Part shown: positions 41,700 to 52,628 of the stretch, in pieces
Layout: each line of letters opens with the position of its first letter
Position numbering within the stretch: position 1 is the first letter of the stretch
Source: Bacteroidales bacterium
Lineage (GTDB): Bacteria; Bacteroidota; Bacteroidia; Bacteroidales; VadinHA17
DNA length: 64,000 bases
Assembly (NCBI GenBank): GCA_029974835.1
Contig: JARKQN010000022.1
Location: forward strand, 699-64,698
Reading direction: 5' to 3'
Translations under genes and position numbers: made by a program
Notes under the pieces: model-generated
The model's database searches: none
What the model saw: only the letters and a program-made list of their open reading frames with translations
Told to the model about the DNA's origin: nothing

Positions 41700-43100
41700 A
41701 TGTCTATTGCAGATTTCACAAAGAGCAAAGGTTTCAGCATTTACGCAAAAGGTCTTTTTATTCTGATGATTCTTCTGCTCCTTCCGGCAGCGGCTTTCGG
41801 ATCGGACGGTTCGGTTCCGTCGATAGGCCCCGTAAGGTTGGAGTTCATTATTTTCGGCCTGATTCTGCTTGGGGTTGCCCTGTTCCATGACAAAACCCTG
41901 CAGGTTGCAGTAACCGGCCTGGTGGTGCTGTTTATTTTCAAGCTGATTTTTGATCCTGGATTTCATGTTCACGAACATTTTATAGGTCATACTCCCTTCG
42001 GGGATCAGCTGCTCGACAAGCACATGCGTGAAGGAGAATGGGGGATAATTGTGAATCTCGCAGGTTTGCTTCTCGGGTTTGCATTGCTTAGCAGGATTTT
42101 CGAGGAATCGAGGGTTCCCGACATACTTCCGCGTTATCTCCCTGATGACTGGAAGGGTCCGTTTGTTCTGCTGATATTTGTTTTCATAATGTCGGCTTTC
42201 CTCGACAATATAGCTTCAGCCCTTATAGGAGGCACAATAGCTCTTGTGGTATTCAGGAAGCAGGTTCATATTGGTTATCTTGCTGCAATTGTGGCTGCAA
42301 GCAACGCCGGCGGAAGCGGCAGCGTTGTCGGCGACACTACTACAACCATGATGTGGATTGCCGGTACAAGTGCGTTCAATGTTCTGCATGCATTTGTCGC
42401 CGCAATTTTCGCACTTTTATTTTTCGGATGGTTCGGCTCGCACCAGCAGGACCGGTTCCATCCCATTCAGAAAGACCCTGTGCCGGGAATAAAGGTTGAC
42501 TGGATGAGAATTGTGATTGTGGGAATGATTCTTGTCGGGGCAATCATTTCAAATATCCTTTATGATATGCCGGCTCTCGGAGTCTGGATTGCAATTGTTC
42601 TGAGTATTTTCATCAGGCCGGTTCCATGGAAGGAGATCCCGGGCGCACTAAAGGGAACCATTTTCCTGCTATCGCTGGTTACCTGCGCCTCAATGATGCC
42701 CGTTGAAGAACTTCCGGGTGCCTCGTGGGGTACTGCTTTTGCCCTCGGCTTCCTTTCGTCGGTGTTTGACAATATACCTCTTACAAAGCTTTGCATCGAC
42801 CAGGGGCATTACGACTGGGGCATGCTGGCCTACACAGTCGGGTTTGGGGGCTCAATGGTATGGTTTGGCTCTTCGGCAGGGGTTGCCATTACAAATAAAT
42901 TCCCAGAAGGCAGGAATGTATTTCTCTGGATAAAAAAGGGATGGCACATTGCTGTTGCTTACGTAATAGGATTCTTTGCACTTTTGCTGATAATGGGATG
43001 GGAACCTGGAGATAACCGGAAACATAAAATTGAAAACTGTCCGGTTGAGGGATGCCCGTGGAACCCTGAAACCGGTACAGTACATCCCGGCGAACACTAA
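41700..43100 (+). CDS. IT-superfamily membrane transporter (NhaD / citrate transporter-like)
   Basis: Many TM helices; SAFLDNI, SNAGGSGSVVGDTTT, SSVFDNIP, GGSMVWFGSSAG. Confidence 0.8.
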   Translation: MSIADFTKSKGFSIYAKGLFILMILLLLPAAAFGSDGSVPSIGPVRLEFIIFGLILLGVALFHDKTLQVAVTGLVVLFIFKLIFDPGFHVHEHFIGHTPFGDQLLDKHMREGEWGIIVNLAGLLLGFALLSRIFEESRVPDILPRYLPDDWKGPFVLLIFVFIMSAFLDNIASALIGGTIALVVFRKQVHIGYLAAIVAASNAGGSGSVVGDTTTTMMWIAGTSAFNVLHAFVAAIFALLFFGWFGSHQQDRFHPIQKDPVPGIKVDWMRIVIVGMILVGAIISNILYDMPALGVWIAIVLSIFIRPVPWKEIPGALKGTIFLLSLVTCASMMPVEELPGASWGTAFALGFLSSVFDNIPLTKLCIDQGHYDWGMLAYTVGFGGSMVWFGSSAGVAITNKFPEGRNVFLWIKKGWHIAVAYVIGFFALLLIMGWEPGDNRKHKIENCPVEGCPWNPETGTVHPGEH

Positions 43101-43118
43101 ATCAGTTCCCCGGAGAGT

Positions 43119-43162
43119 TCACTTTCTCCTTTATCACTTTTGTCTTTTATCTTTTAAACTTT
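43119..43162. repeat. Degenerate heptamer tandem repeat (nnnCTTT, 6 units)
   Basis: TCACTTT CTCCTTT a TCACTTT TGTCTTT TATCTTT t AAACTTT. Confidence 0.55.
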
Positions 43163-43249
43163 GCATAAGTATTTTGACTATTCGTCAAAATGATTTGCGT
43201 CTATTTGGTTTTTAAATTATCTTTTCGGGTTGTTTTAAAATTCATTGCT

Positions 43250-45160
43250 ATGAAAATCAACCTGAAGAACCTGATTTCAACTTTATTTTTCCTGGCTTTT
43301 TCTTTTAACCTCTTTTCGCAGGTGCCTGCCGGATTCAATTACCAGGCCATTGCACGCGATAAAGATGGAAATCCCATTCCCGACGCAGATCTGAAAGTCA
43401 GGATAGGCGTGCTGACCACTGTAACCCCGCCAAATGTTGTTTATGAGGCAGAATATATGGTACATACCGATGCATTCGGTCATTTCACACTGATGGTGGG
43501 AGACCCTCTTGCCACGCCTGTTTCCGGAACATTTAAAGATGTAGACTGGAATATTCAGCCGTTATACCTTCGAACTATGGTGTACTGGAAGAGTAATTGG
43601 GAGGATATGGGTTCCTCAAAGCTTCTTTCAGTGCCTTATGCAATAATGGCCCAGGGTATCAGCGGACTGGATAAACTTGTAGTTGCCGGTATGACAAGCA
43701 ACCCTGAAGAGGCCCTTTTCGAGGTCAAGAACATATTCGGCCAGACGGTCTTTGCTGTTTATAACGAAGGAGTCAGGGCCTATGTGGGTGACGGTAACAA
43801 GGGCGTGAAGGGCGGATTTGCCATAGGCGGATATGATGCAACCAAGGGATCGCAGGAATATCTGCGGGTAACTTCCGACAGTACAAGAATCTATGTAAAA
43901 GACTCCGGTAAAGCTTCAAAAGGAGGTTTTGCAATCGGCAGCTTTAGTGCCGGCAAATCAATTCCCGAAAACTACCTCGACATTACTCCGGCCAACTATT
44001 TTATCGGCCACCAATCGGGTACCAAGGTCACATCAGGAAAATATAATTCAGTAATGGGGTATAAGGCAGCCCATAACCTGACAACAGGCAATTCAAATAC
44101 TATTCTGGGGCACCTTGCCGACAGCGCATTAATCAGCGGCAACAACAACATAATTATAGGGCAGTATGCAGGATTAAAGCTTACAAGCGGCAATCATAAT
44201 ACCCTTATCGGAACCAGCGCAGGCTATAATCATTCCAATCAGGAATATAACGTAATGATCGGAACCTCATCCGGCTACAATATAAATGCATCAGGATGGA
44301 GCGGGTCTTTCAACACCTTTATGGGCATAAACTCCGGTTATCAGATCCGCAACAGTCGCGACAATGTCTTCCTGGGTACCAATGCCGGATACTGGCTCGA
44401 TAACGGAAGGGGCAACACTTTTGTGGGTATCGACGCCGGCCGCAGCCGCGGTGAAGGCTCATGGCCTTACAGACCGACGGTAAATGCCGAATACAATACT
44501 TTCATGGGGTACCGGGCAGGATACAACATCACCAATGGCGACAATAACCTCGCGATAGGTTACGAAGCAGGATACAGTGCCACGGACGGAACAGGCAATG
44601 TATTTCTCGGCTACCAGGCAGGCAGGAATGAAACAGGCAGCGACAAACTCTATATTGCCAACTCAGCTGCCAATCCTTTAATCTATGGTGACTTTGCGGC
44701 AAGGCAGCTTGGCATAAACACAACCTCACTCACAAAAACTCTCAATGTGGGAGGTGATGCAGATATAAGCGGCACTCTTTCAGTAACAAACATTACAGCC
44801 CAGAGTATAAACGGAATGTCGACCGGAAGAATCTATTTGAAAAACAATGGAGTCATTATAAGTATCGACGAAGGAAGATTTGTTCTCACCTGGGATAATG
44901 GAGAAGGTATTATCTCCCTAATAAACAATACGGACGAATATCCCTGTAATTACTGGGCAAAGAAAATTTCCGGTACCGTAACCACAGGAATATCGGGTGA
45001 AGTGCCTCCGAAGGACAAAAGATCTGTCATATCAGATACAAACGTAAACAACAGCGGTTTTGAAATCCATTTCGGAAAGGCAGATGAGACAGGCACCCTC
45101 TGCTCGGTGTGGCTGCAGTTTTTTAACGGGGCTCTTGTAGGTCATTACCAGATTTATTAA
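43250..45160 (+). CDS. Secreted repeat protein, tail-fibre/trimeric-adhesin-like
   Basis: Signal peptide, FNYQAIARD, LLSVPYA, two KGGFAIG repeats, about 14 N-x-(F/I)-(I/M/L)-G-x-x-(A/S)-G repeats. Confidence 0.75.
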   Translation: MKINLKNLISTLFFLAFSFNLFSQVPAGFNYQAIARDKDGNPIPDADLKVRIGVLTTVTPPNVVYEAEYMVHTDAFGHFTLMVGDPLATPVSGTFKDVDWNIQPLYLRTMVYWKSNWEDMGSSKLLSVPYAIMAQGISGLDKLVVAGMTSNPEEALFEVKNIFGQTVFAVYNEGVRAYVGDGNKGVKGGFAIGGYDATKGSQEYLRVTSDSTRIYVKDSGKASKGGFAIGSFSAGKSIPENYLDITPANYFIGHQSGTKVTSGKYNSVMGYKAAHNLTTGNSNTILGHLADSALISGNNNIIIGQYAGLKLTSGNHNTLIGTSAGYNHSNQEYNVMIGTSSGYNINASGWSGSFNTFMGINSGYQIRNSRDNVFLGTNAGYWLDNGRGNTFVGIDAGRSRGEGSWPYRPTVNAEYNTFMGYRAGYNITNGDNNLAIGYEAGYSATDGTGNVFLGYQAGRNETGSDKLYIANSAANPLIYGDFAARQLGINTTSLTKTLNVGGDADISGTLSVTNITAQSINGMSTGRIYLKNNGVIISIDEGRFVLTWDNGEGIISLINNTDEYPCNYWAKKISGTVTTGISGEVPPKDKRSVISDTNVNNSGFEIHFGKADETGTLCSVWLQFFNGALVGHYQIY

Positions 45161-45255
45161 GACCTTATACTGCCTTCTGTTTTTCATTACTGTTTCCGGC
45201 ACCTTTTTTGCTGCCGAAACAGGAATATTTATCTTTAGATCTTAAAATTAATTCC

Positions 45256-46869
45256 ATGAAGAAAGGCTTCTTTTCAATAATTGCTTTATGCACTGCCGTG
45301 TTTCAGTTATACGGACAGGCAGAAAAAGAAATCACAGCGCCTCCGGCAGGCGTGGTTGTGTATCCCGATCGCGCAAGGATCTCTTCAGACGCTTTGGTTG
45401 AAATCCCGGCAGGCAAGTCGGTAGTCCGGCTTACCGGATTATCACCGTACATAGATCCCCAGAGCATCCAGGTGAAAGGTACCGGAGAATTTACGATACT
45501 TTCCGTGAACCACAGGAATAATTACCTCAGCAACCTCGAAGAAGAGCCCGGGATAAAGAATATCAGGAGCCAGATCGAGGCACTTCAACTGAAGATAGAA
45601 GACGAAAAAACAGCTATTGCCACTCTCGATGAAAAACTTTCCTTCATGCAGGCCAACAGGGATGTGATGTCAAAAGCCCAGGCCATTCAGATTGAACAGT
45701 TCAAGGCGCTTATAGATGTTTATACAACCAATATAGAACAGATAAACTCGGCAAAACTCAGAAAGACCAGGCTCATAAAGGATTATGAGCAGCAGGTTGC
45801 TGCTCTCCAGCAGCAGCTGGCCGACAGGAAAAACAAAGGACAGATGCCCTCGGGAGAGATTGCGGTTAATTTAAGTGCCGACAAACCTCTGAATGCAAAA
45901 CTGTCATTTTCATACATTGTTTCAAATGCCGGATGGCATCCGACATACGACATCCGGGTTGATGACATTACCAAACCTGTTGTCATTTTTTACAAAGCCA
46001 ATGTTTTCCAGAATACCGGAACGGAGTGGAAGAATGTAAAGCTCAGTTTTTCAACGGCCACCCCCTGGATATCGGGTACCCTGCCGGTGCTTAACCCATG
46101 GTTTATAGATTTTTACATGCCTGTCACAGTAAAAGGTTACGGCATTCAGAGAAAAGCTGAAGCCCCGGTGATGCTCGAATCTGTTGCAATGGCCGACAGG
46201 AACACTTTTCTGAAGAAAGAGGCCGAAGCCGCACCCGTGGCAGTAGAGAAGAGAGAGGGTGAGATGAGCATTACCTTCGATATCTCCGTTCCGTATACAA
46301 TACCTTCCGACGGGAAAATACAGACAATAGAGATTCAGCGGACAACAACCCCTGCTGATTACAAATATGTTACCATCCCGAAGATTTCAAACCTGGCCTA
46401 CCTTACGGGCAATATCACCGGCTGGGCTCAGATGAGCCTGCTTTCGGGCGAAGCAACACTCTATTTCGAAAACACCTATGTGGGCAAATCATTTCTTGAT
46501 GTCAACCAGCTGAGCGATACCCTCACAATTTCACTCGGGACCGATCCGGGCGTTCTTGTGAAGAGAGAAAAAAGAAAGGATTTTACAACGCGCAGAACGA
46601 TCGGAGCCAACAAGACAGAGACATATTCATTCCTGATCACCGTCCGTAACAATAAGAAAAGCCCGGTAAAAATATCCATTCAGGACCAGGTGCCCGTTTC
46701 ATCCAACAGCAGTATTACAGTGGAGACTCCCGAGCTTTCGGGAGGGAAACTCAATGCTGAAACGGGGGCTGTTACATGGGATCTTGATCTTAAACCCGGG
46801 GAAACGAAAGAAATTATCCTGACATATTCAGTAAGGTATCCGCGAAACCAGACTGTAATACTGGAGTAA
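45256..46869 (+). CDS. DUF4140/DUF4139 (MuiA-like) secreted protein
   Basis: VYPDRARI, coiled coil, AGWHPTYD, QNTGTEWKNVKLSFST, DQVPVS. Confidence 0.85.
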   Translation: MKKGFFSIIALCTAVFQLYGQAEKEITAPPAGVVVYPDRARISSDALVEIPAGKSVVRLTGLSPYIDPQSIQVKGTGEFTILSVNHRNNYLSNLEEEPGIKNIRSQIEALQLKIEDEKTAIATLDEKLSFMQANRDVMSKAQAIQIEQFKALIDVYTTNIEQINSAKLRKTRLIKDYEQQVAALQQQLADRKNKGQMPSGEIAVNLSADKPLNAKLSFSYIVSNAGWHPTYDIRVDDITKPVVIFYKANVFQNTGTEWKNVKLSFSTATPWISGTLPVLNPWFIDFYMPVTVKGYGIQRKAEAPVMLESVAMADRNTFLKKEAEAAPVAVEKREGEMSITFDISVPYTIPSDGKIQTIEIQRTTTPADYKYVTIPKISNLAYLTGNITGWAQMSLLSGEATLYFENTYVGKSFLDVNQLSDTLTISLGTDPGVLVKREKRKDFTTRRTIGANKTETYSFLITVRNNKKSPVKISIQDQVPVSSNSSITVETPELSGGKLNAETGAVTWDLDLKPGETKEIILTYSVRYPRNQTVILE

Positions 46870-46904
46870 CAGAGGAATTATTTTTAAGGAAGCTCAGGGA
46901 GTGT

Positions 46905-47693
46905 TCATTCCCTGTTGGAGCGGGGTCCTCTTATGACGCCTCTTTCAGAGTTACGGAAAAATTCAAGTATGTAATCCCTGTCGGGCGATTGTGCGAAGTT
47001 TTTCTGCACATATTCAAGGGCTGCTGAAGTGTTCATTCCGCTCTGGTAAATAGCCCTGTATATGTTATGAATCTCTTCCATTCTTTCCTTTGAGAATCCT
47101 CTGCGTGTAAGACCAACAGTATTTATGCCCATATACGCGAGAGGTTCCCTGTCGGCCTTAATAAACGGCGGCACATCAATTCTCACTCTGCCTCCGCCTC
47201 CGATAATCACATGCCCGCCTATCCTTGAAAACTGGTGTACAAGCGAACCTCCGCTTATAATAGCCCAGTCGTCAACTTTTACCTCTCCTGCAAGGCCGGT
47301 GGTATTGCCTATGATACAGTTGTTTCCTATCTGGCAGTCGTGTCCGATATGCACATAAGCCATCAGAAGGCAGTTGTCGCCTACAACAGTTTTTCCAACC
47401 GATGCTGTTCCCCTGTTGACGGTTGCGCCTTCTCTTACGGTGGTGTTGTCTCCTATTTCAGCTGTTGTTTCTTCTCCCCTGAATTTGAGATCCTGGGGTA
47501 TTCCTGAGATGGTGGCACAGGGGAAGATCCTGCAGTTACGGCCGATTCTTGCGCCTTCGAGAACGACTGCATGAGGACCGATCCATGTTCCGTCTCCTAT
47601 TACTACATTTCCCGCGATGTATGCAAAAGGTTCAACAACCACGTTTTCGCCAAGCACGGCGTCGGGATGAATGAAAGCCTGACCGGATATCAT
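46905..47693 (-). CDS. lpxA: UDP-N-acetylglucosamine acyltransferase
   Basis: Hexapeptide repeats, PQDLKF, VNRGT, HIGHDC, HQF. Confidence 0.95.
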   Translation of the reverse strand: MISGQAFIHPDAVLGENVVVEPFAYIAGNVVIGDGTWIGPHAVVLEGARIGRNCRIFPCATISGIPQDLKFRGEETTAEIGDNTTVREGATVNRGTASVGKTVVGDNCLLMAYVHIGHDCQIGNNCIIGNTTGLAGEVKVDDWAIISGGSLVHQFSRIGGHVIIGGGGRVRIDVPPFIKADREPLAYMGINTVGLTRRGFSKERMEEIHNIYRAIYQSGMNTSAALEYVQKNFAQSPDRDYILEFFRNSERGVIRGPRSNRE

Positions 47694-47700
47694 AAGCTGC

Positions 47701-49095
47701 TTATTTATTCTTTATTACCTGCGCAACCATTTCACCTTCAACGACAAGGTTGTTACCCACAAAAGCCTGTCCGTACATTGCCACAATGCCGCGGCGCAGA
47801 GGTTCGGTAAGTTCCATTTTAAGCAGAAGGGTGTCGCCCGGAACTACCTTGTGCTTAAACTTGAGTTTATCGATTTTGAGAAAATAGGTTGAATATTTTT
47901 CAGGTTCGTCAACACCGCTGAGCACCAGTAATCCGCCTGTCTGGGCGAGAGCCTCGACAATGAGTACGCCCGGCATGATGGGTTCTCCGGGGAAGTGTCC
48001 CTGGAAAAATGCCTCATTTCCCGTCACATTTTTTAATCCCACAACCTTGTTTTCATCAAGACTTATAATTTTGTCGACAAGGAGGAAAGGATACCGGTGC
48101 GGCAGTCTTTCCTTTATCTGTTCTATGTTGTACACAGGCGGCTGAGACGGATCATACACAGGCACGTCTTTTTTCGATTGTGTCTTTTTGATTTCCTGCC
48201 TTATGATTTTTGCAAGGCGGGTGTTGGCATAATGCCCCGGCCTGGTGGCAACAACCTTTCCCTTGATGGGCTGGCCGACGAGAGCCAGATCGCCGATGAG
48301 GTCGAGAAGTTTATGGCGTGCAGGCTCGTTGGGAAATCTCAGTTCTGTATTGTTGAGGATTCCTGCCTTATGGCTGTTGATGCCGGGCCTGTTAAACAGT
48401 TTTGCAATACGGTCAAATTCTTCCTGCGAAGCCTCCTTTTCAAGTATCACTATTGCATTATCGAGGTCTCCTCCCTTTATTAGCCCGGCCTTGAAGAGCG
48501 GTTCCAATTCGTGAAAAAACACAAAAGTGCGGCACTGGCTAATCTCCTTCTCAAACTGGTCGATGGTATCTATTATCGCGTACTGGTTGCCGAGTATCCT
48601 TGAGTTGTAGTCAATTAAAACATTGATGCTGAAGTGATCGTCGGGATACACTATGAGGTCAACCCCGTGTTCCTCGTCGGAAAATACAATTTTCTGCCTG
48701 ACCTGAAAATAATTACGGTCCTCCTTCAGTTCAACTATTCCGGCCTCTTTAATCGCTTCCACAAATTTATGGGATGAGCCTCCCATTATCGGGGCTTCAG
48801 GTCCGTTAAGTTCGATGAAAGCGTTATCAATTTTAAGTCCGCTTAGAGCTGCCAGCACATGTTCGATTGTTGAAACGGAGGCTCCGTTATGAGACAGGGT
48901 TGTACCGCGTGATGCTTCAGTCACATAATCGGCAAGAGCGTCTATTACGGGCTGGCCCGGCAGGTCGGTCCTGATGAATTTATAACCGTTGTTGGCCGGG
49001 GCGGGTTTAAATGTAATTGTTACATTTATTCCGGTATGGAGTCCTTTGCCAGACAGAGTGGCTTCGCGTGCAAGAGTTCTTTGTTTTTCAGACAT
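47701..49095 (-). CDS. lpxC-fabZ: Bifunctional LpxC deacetylase / FabZ dehydratase
   Basis: GKGLHTG, TIEH and RHKLLDLIGD (LpxC); LPHRYPFLLVD and GHFPG..PGV (FabZ). Confidence 0.95.
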   Translation of the reverse strand: MSEKQRTLAREATLSGKGLHTGINVTITFKPAPANNGYKFIRTDLPGQPVIDALADYVTEASRGTTLSHNGASVSTIEHVLAALSGLKIDNAFIELNGPEAPIMGGSSHKFVEAIKEAGIVELKEDRNYFQVRQKIVFSDEEHGVDLIVYPDDHFSINVLIDYNSRILGNQYAIIDTIDQFEKEISQCRTFVFFHELEPLFKAGLIKGGDLDNAIVILEKEASQEEFDRIAKLFNRPGINSHKAGILNNTELRFPNEPARHKLLDLIGDLALVGQPIKGKVVATRPGHYANTRLAKIIRQEIKKTQSKKDVPVYDPSQPPVYNIEQIKERLPHRYPFLLVDKIISLDENKVVGLKNVTGNEAFFQGHFPGEPIMPGVLIVEALAQTGGLLVLSGVDEPEKYSTYFLKIDKLKFKHKVVPGDTLLLKMELTEPLRRGIVAMYGQAFVGNNLVVEGEMVAQVIKNK

Positions 49096-49192
49096 CAGAT
49101 TTTATTTTTCCGGTACAAAAAAACAAATTTTTTTTCGAACAAAAACCGGGTACAAGTCATGATACCTGCATTTTTCAATGAAAAAGTTCGAA

Positions 49193-50230
49193 TTAACCGT
49201 TTTTAAGTTTCTCTATTTCCTTTTTCAGGTTATCTGCAAGTGAGCTTAATTCGGGCAGTTTTCTGTAATAGACAAATGATTTCATAAACTGCCTGTGTTC
49301 CATGGCAGGGGAGCCGACCATTATTGCATTTTCTTCCTTAATATCTCCTATTACACCCGCCTGGGCACCAAGTTTCACGCCATCGGCCACTCTGAGATGC
49401 CCTGCAATACCGACCTGCCCGCCGAACATGCAGTTACGGCCTATTTTTGTGGAGCCTGCTATTCCGGTCTGACCCGCCATCACGGTGTTTTCGCCAATTT
49501 CAACATTATGGCCTATCTGGACCAGATTATCAATTTTCACTCCTTTCCTGATAATGGTTGATCCCATTGTAGCCCTGTCGATTGCCACATTGGCACCTAT
49601 TTCAACGTTATCTTCAAGCACCACGTTGCCTATCTGTGGTATCTTCATAAACTGGTTATCGCTCTGGGGGGCAAATCCGAAGCCGTCGCTTCCTATAACT
49701 GTGCCGGCATGTATAATACAGTTATTGCCGATAACACATTCGTGATAGATTTTCACACCCTGGTAAATTATGCAGTTGCTGCCTACACTTGTATTGTCGC
49801 CGATATAAACCTGGGGATACACTTTTGAGCCGTTGCCTATTTTTGATCCTGCCCCGATAAATGCGTAGGCTCCTATATAAACGTTTTCACCCACCGTAGC
49901 TCCTTCCTCGATTATTGCCGTGGGATGTATCCCGGTTTTTTCAGGCCGTGCCTTTGCCACCAGGGTAAGAAGAGAGGCAAATGCCTCATAGGCGTTCTCA
50001 ACCCTTATCAGCGTGGCGTTTACCTTTTCTGAAGGAACAAAACCTTTGTTGACAAGAACCACTGATGATTTTGTGGTGTAGAGGTACTGTTCATATTTTG
50101 GATTGGACAGGAATGAAAGAGCTCCCTCCTTCCCTTCCTCAATTTTTGCGATTGTATTCACTTTTACCTGAGGGTTGCCCTCAATTTCACCGTTCAGAAA
50201 ACGGGCTATTGCTTCAGCTGTAAATTCCAT
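49193..50230 (-). CDS. lpxD: UDP-3-O-acylglucosamine N-acyltransferase
   Basis: FLSNPKY, GSDGFGF, IDRAT, KIDNLVQIGHNV. Confidence 0.95.
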   Translation of the reverse strand: MEFTAEAIARFLNGEIEGNPQVKVNTIAKIEEGKEGALSFLSNPKYEQYLYTTKSSVVLVNKGFVPSEKVNATLIRVENAYEAFASLLTLVAKARPEKTGIHPTAIIEEGATVGENVYIGAYAFIGAGSKIGNGSKVYPQVYIGDNTSVGSNCIIYQGVKIYHECVIGNNCIIHAGTVIGSDGFGFAPQSDNQFMKIPQIGNVVLEDNVEIGANVAIDRATMGSTIIRKGVKIDNLVQIGHNVEIGENTVMAGQTGIAGSTKIGRNCMFGGQVGIAGHLRVADGVKLGAQAGVIGDIKEENAIMVGSPAMEHRQFMKSFVYYRKLPELSSLADNLKKEIEKLKNG

Positions 50231-50242
50231 AATATAAGGTCT

Positions 50243-51499
50243 TTAAACACATTCTTTGGGATAACATAAATAATATCTGGTAACGGGTTCTTTAACAGGC
50301 CGGCGGCTGACCATCTCGGACAATTCGTTAATGCCGGCAGTCCCACCCGATTTGAGAAGAATTCTCAGATCATCCTTATCGTCCGGTGCGTACGCCAGGT
50401 TAAGAACCCTGCCCGAGAAGACGTAATAATCCTCCATCCCGGGAGGTACTTCAAGCTTCTCCGCGAGTTTTTCTTTTATTTGTTTAATTCTTCTGTCAGG
50501 AACAGGTTTATCCTGGATTTCCGTTGCGAGAAGGTTCCGGCTCAGAAGTCTGCACGAGAGGTCTGCAAGCACCCGGTCCGAATCATCGCACCAGTATTTG
50601 GCTGCCACAAGAATATCGGAGTCGTCGAGTTTAACAAAATGTGATGCAACAATTCCCGGCGTGAAGAGTCCGTTACCTGTAAGGTCATCCGGGCCAATCC
50701 TGTTACTGAGAAAGAATTTGAGCGAGGGTGTGCAAAAGAGGTCTTTCCCCGATTCGGCAAGCTCCTTGGCTCTTCGCAGAAGGTTTGCCAGAAGCGTTTC
50801 GGAGGAGATGACTGTCTTGTGCATATAAACCTGCCAGTACATGAAACGGCGGGCGACAAGCAGTTTCTCAATTGAATAAATTCCTTTCTCTTCAATGGCA
50901 AGACGGTCTCCGGAAACATTGAGCATACTGATAATTCTGTCCGAACCTACCGATCCCTCTATCACACCGGTATAAAAGCTGTCGCGGTTGAGGTAATCGA
51001 GCCTGTCCATGTCGGCCTGGCCTGCAATGAGTTCATGAAAGAATCTTCTGTGGTAGCTGCCGGTGAAGATTTCTATTGCCAGCGAAAGTCTGCCGCCGAA
51101 TTCGAGATTAAGTTTTTTCATCAGCAGCAGTGAAATGTCTTCGTGGGTAATTCCCTTAACTATCGACTCTTCAAGTGCATGTGAAAACGGGCCATGGCCT
51201 GCATCGTGAAGCAGGATTGCCGCCAGCGATGCTTCCTCCTCCTCAGGAGATATTTCAACGCCTTTGCCCTTCAGTGTCTGGAGAGCCAGGTTCATCAGAT
51301 GCATGGCTCCCAGGCAGTGCTGAAACCTTGTATGCACCGCACCCGGGTATACATAACTTGTGAGACCCAGCTGCCTTATATTGCGAAGACGCTGAATCCA
51401 GGGATGCTGTATAAGGTCGAACAGAAACTCTCCGGGAATATTAATGAAACCGTAAACCGGATCATTTATTATTTTTCTCTTATTGATCTGATAGCTCAA
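50243..51499 (-). CDS. HD-domain phosphohydrolase (SAMHD1/dNTPase-like)
   Basis: NDPVYG, QRLRNIRQLG, HTRFQH, LHDAGHGPFSH, DMDRLDY; TTG start chosen because a -7 element (51518-51525) overlaps the track's start. Confidence 0.88.
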   Translation of the reverse strand: MSYQINKRKIINDPVYGFINIPGEFLFDLIQHPWIQRLRNIRQLGLTSYVYPGAVHTRFQHCLGAMHLMNLALQTLKGKGVEISPEEEEASLAAILLHDAGHGPFSHALEESIVKGITHEDISLLLMKKLNLEFGGRLSLAIEIFTGSYHRRFFHELIAGQADMDRLDYLNRDSFYTGVIEGSVGSDRIISMLNVSGDRLAIEEKGIYSIEKLLVARRFMYWQVYMHKTVISSETLLANLLRRAKELAESGKDLFCTPSLKFFLSNRIGPDDLTGNGLFTPGIVASHFVKLDDSDILVAAKYWCDDSDRVLADLSCRLLSRNLLATEIQDKPVPDRRIKQIKEKLAEKLEVPPGMEDYYVFSGRVLNLAYAPDDKDDLRILLKSGGTAGINELSEMVSRRPVKEPVTRYYLCYPKECV

Positions 51500-51722
51500 C
51501 AGACTGGATTTAATACACAAAAATAGAAATTACTTTATTAACGCCGTTAAGAATGATTGCCGAATCTTATAGAATAATGACAGTGAGTTTATTAAAAGAT
51601 TTTCCTAACTTTCCGGCAATCAATTTCTCAGGGAGAAAAGTCAGTAATGTCTGTTTTTCTGCAACATTTGGAATATTTTCCGTCTTTTAAAGGTCTAAAA
51701 CCCACACAATGGATTATTATAT

Positions 51723-52616
51723 ATGAAAATCGAAATCCGCAATTTAAATAAGGTTTATCCGAACGGCAATCAGGCTCTGAAAAACCTAAATATTGATATA
51801 GAGCCCGGGATATTTGGATTGCTCGGGCCCAACGGTGCGGGGAAATCTTCTCTTATGAGGATACTGGTAACTCTGATGAAGCCTACCTCCGGTGTGGTTC
51901 TGCTCGACGGGAAAGATATTCAGAATCACCGCAGGGAACTGAGGAGCATCCTTGGGTACCTGCCGCAGGATTTCCGGTTTTTCACTTCGCTTAAAACATG
52001 GGAGTTTCTTGATTATTCGGCTGCCCTTGCCGGCATGAAAAACCGTAAAGAGCGTCTGAGGGAAGTTGACAGGATGCTTGACCAGGTAGGTTTGCTCGAA
52101 GTGCGCGACAGAAAAGCCAACAGGTTATCGGGAGGTATGAAAAGGCGTCTTGGAATTGCACAGGCTCTGATAGGAAACCCAAAACTTATTATTGTGGACG
52201 AGCCTACAACAGGGCTCGATCCCGACGAAAGAATCAGGTTCAGGAATATCCTCTCGGGGCTAAGCCAGAACGACGTAATTATCATACTTTCAACCCACAT
52301 TGTTGGTGATATATCATCAACCTGTCAGAAAATGGCTTTGCTTAACAAGGGTGAGATTGTATTTTCAGGGCGTCCTGAGGCACTGGTCGGAGAAGCGAGG
52401 GGACATGTTTACAGGCTGCACCTCACCGAATACGAATTCGAAAAGGCAAAAGAGGAATATAACATAATTTCAACCATACCGGTCGAAACCGGCTGGGAAG
52501 TGCAGGTTGTGACCGACACCCCTCCCGACGGCAATGCGGTACTTATAGAACCAAATATAGAACACGCGTATGTATATTATATGGAGCACAAAATTCACGC
52601 TGACTTAAACATTTAA
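51723..52616 (+). CDS. ABC-2-type transporter ATP-binding protein
   Basis: GPNGAGKS, LSGGMKRR, IIVDEPT, STH. Confidence 0.93.
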   Translation: MKIEIRNLNKVYPNGNQALKNLNIDIEPGIFGLLGPNGAGKSSLMRILVTLMKPTSGVVLLDGKDIQNHRRELRSILGYLPQDFRFFTSLKTWEFLDYSAALAGMKNRKERLREVDRMLDQVGLLEVRDRKANRLSGGMKRRLGIAQALIGNPKLIIVDEPTTGLDPDERIRFRNILSGLSQNDVIIILSTHIVGDISSTCQKMALLNKGEIVFSGRPEALVGEARGHVYRLHLTEYEFEKAKEEYNIISTIPVETGWEVQVVTDTPPDGNAVLIEPNIEHAYVYYMEHKIHADLNI

Positions 52617-52628
52617 CATTCAGACAGT

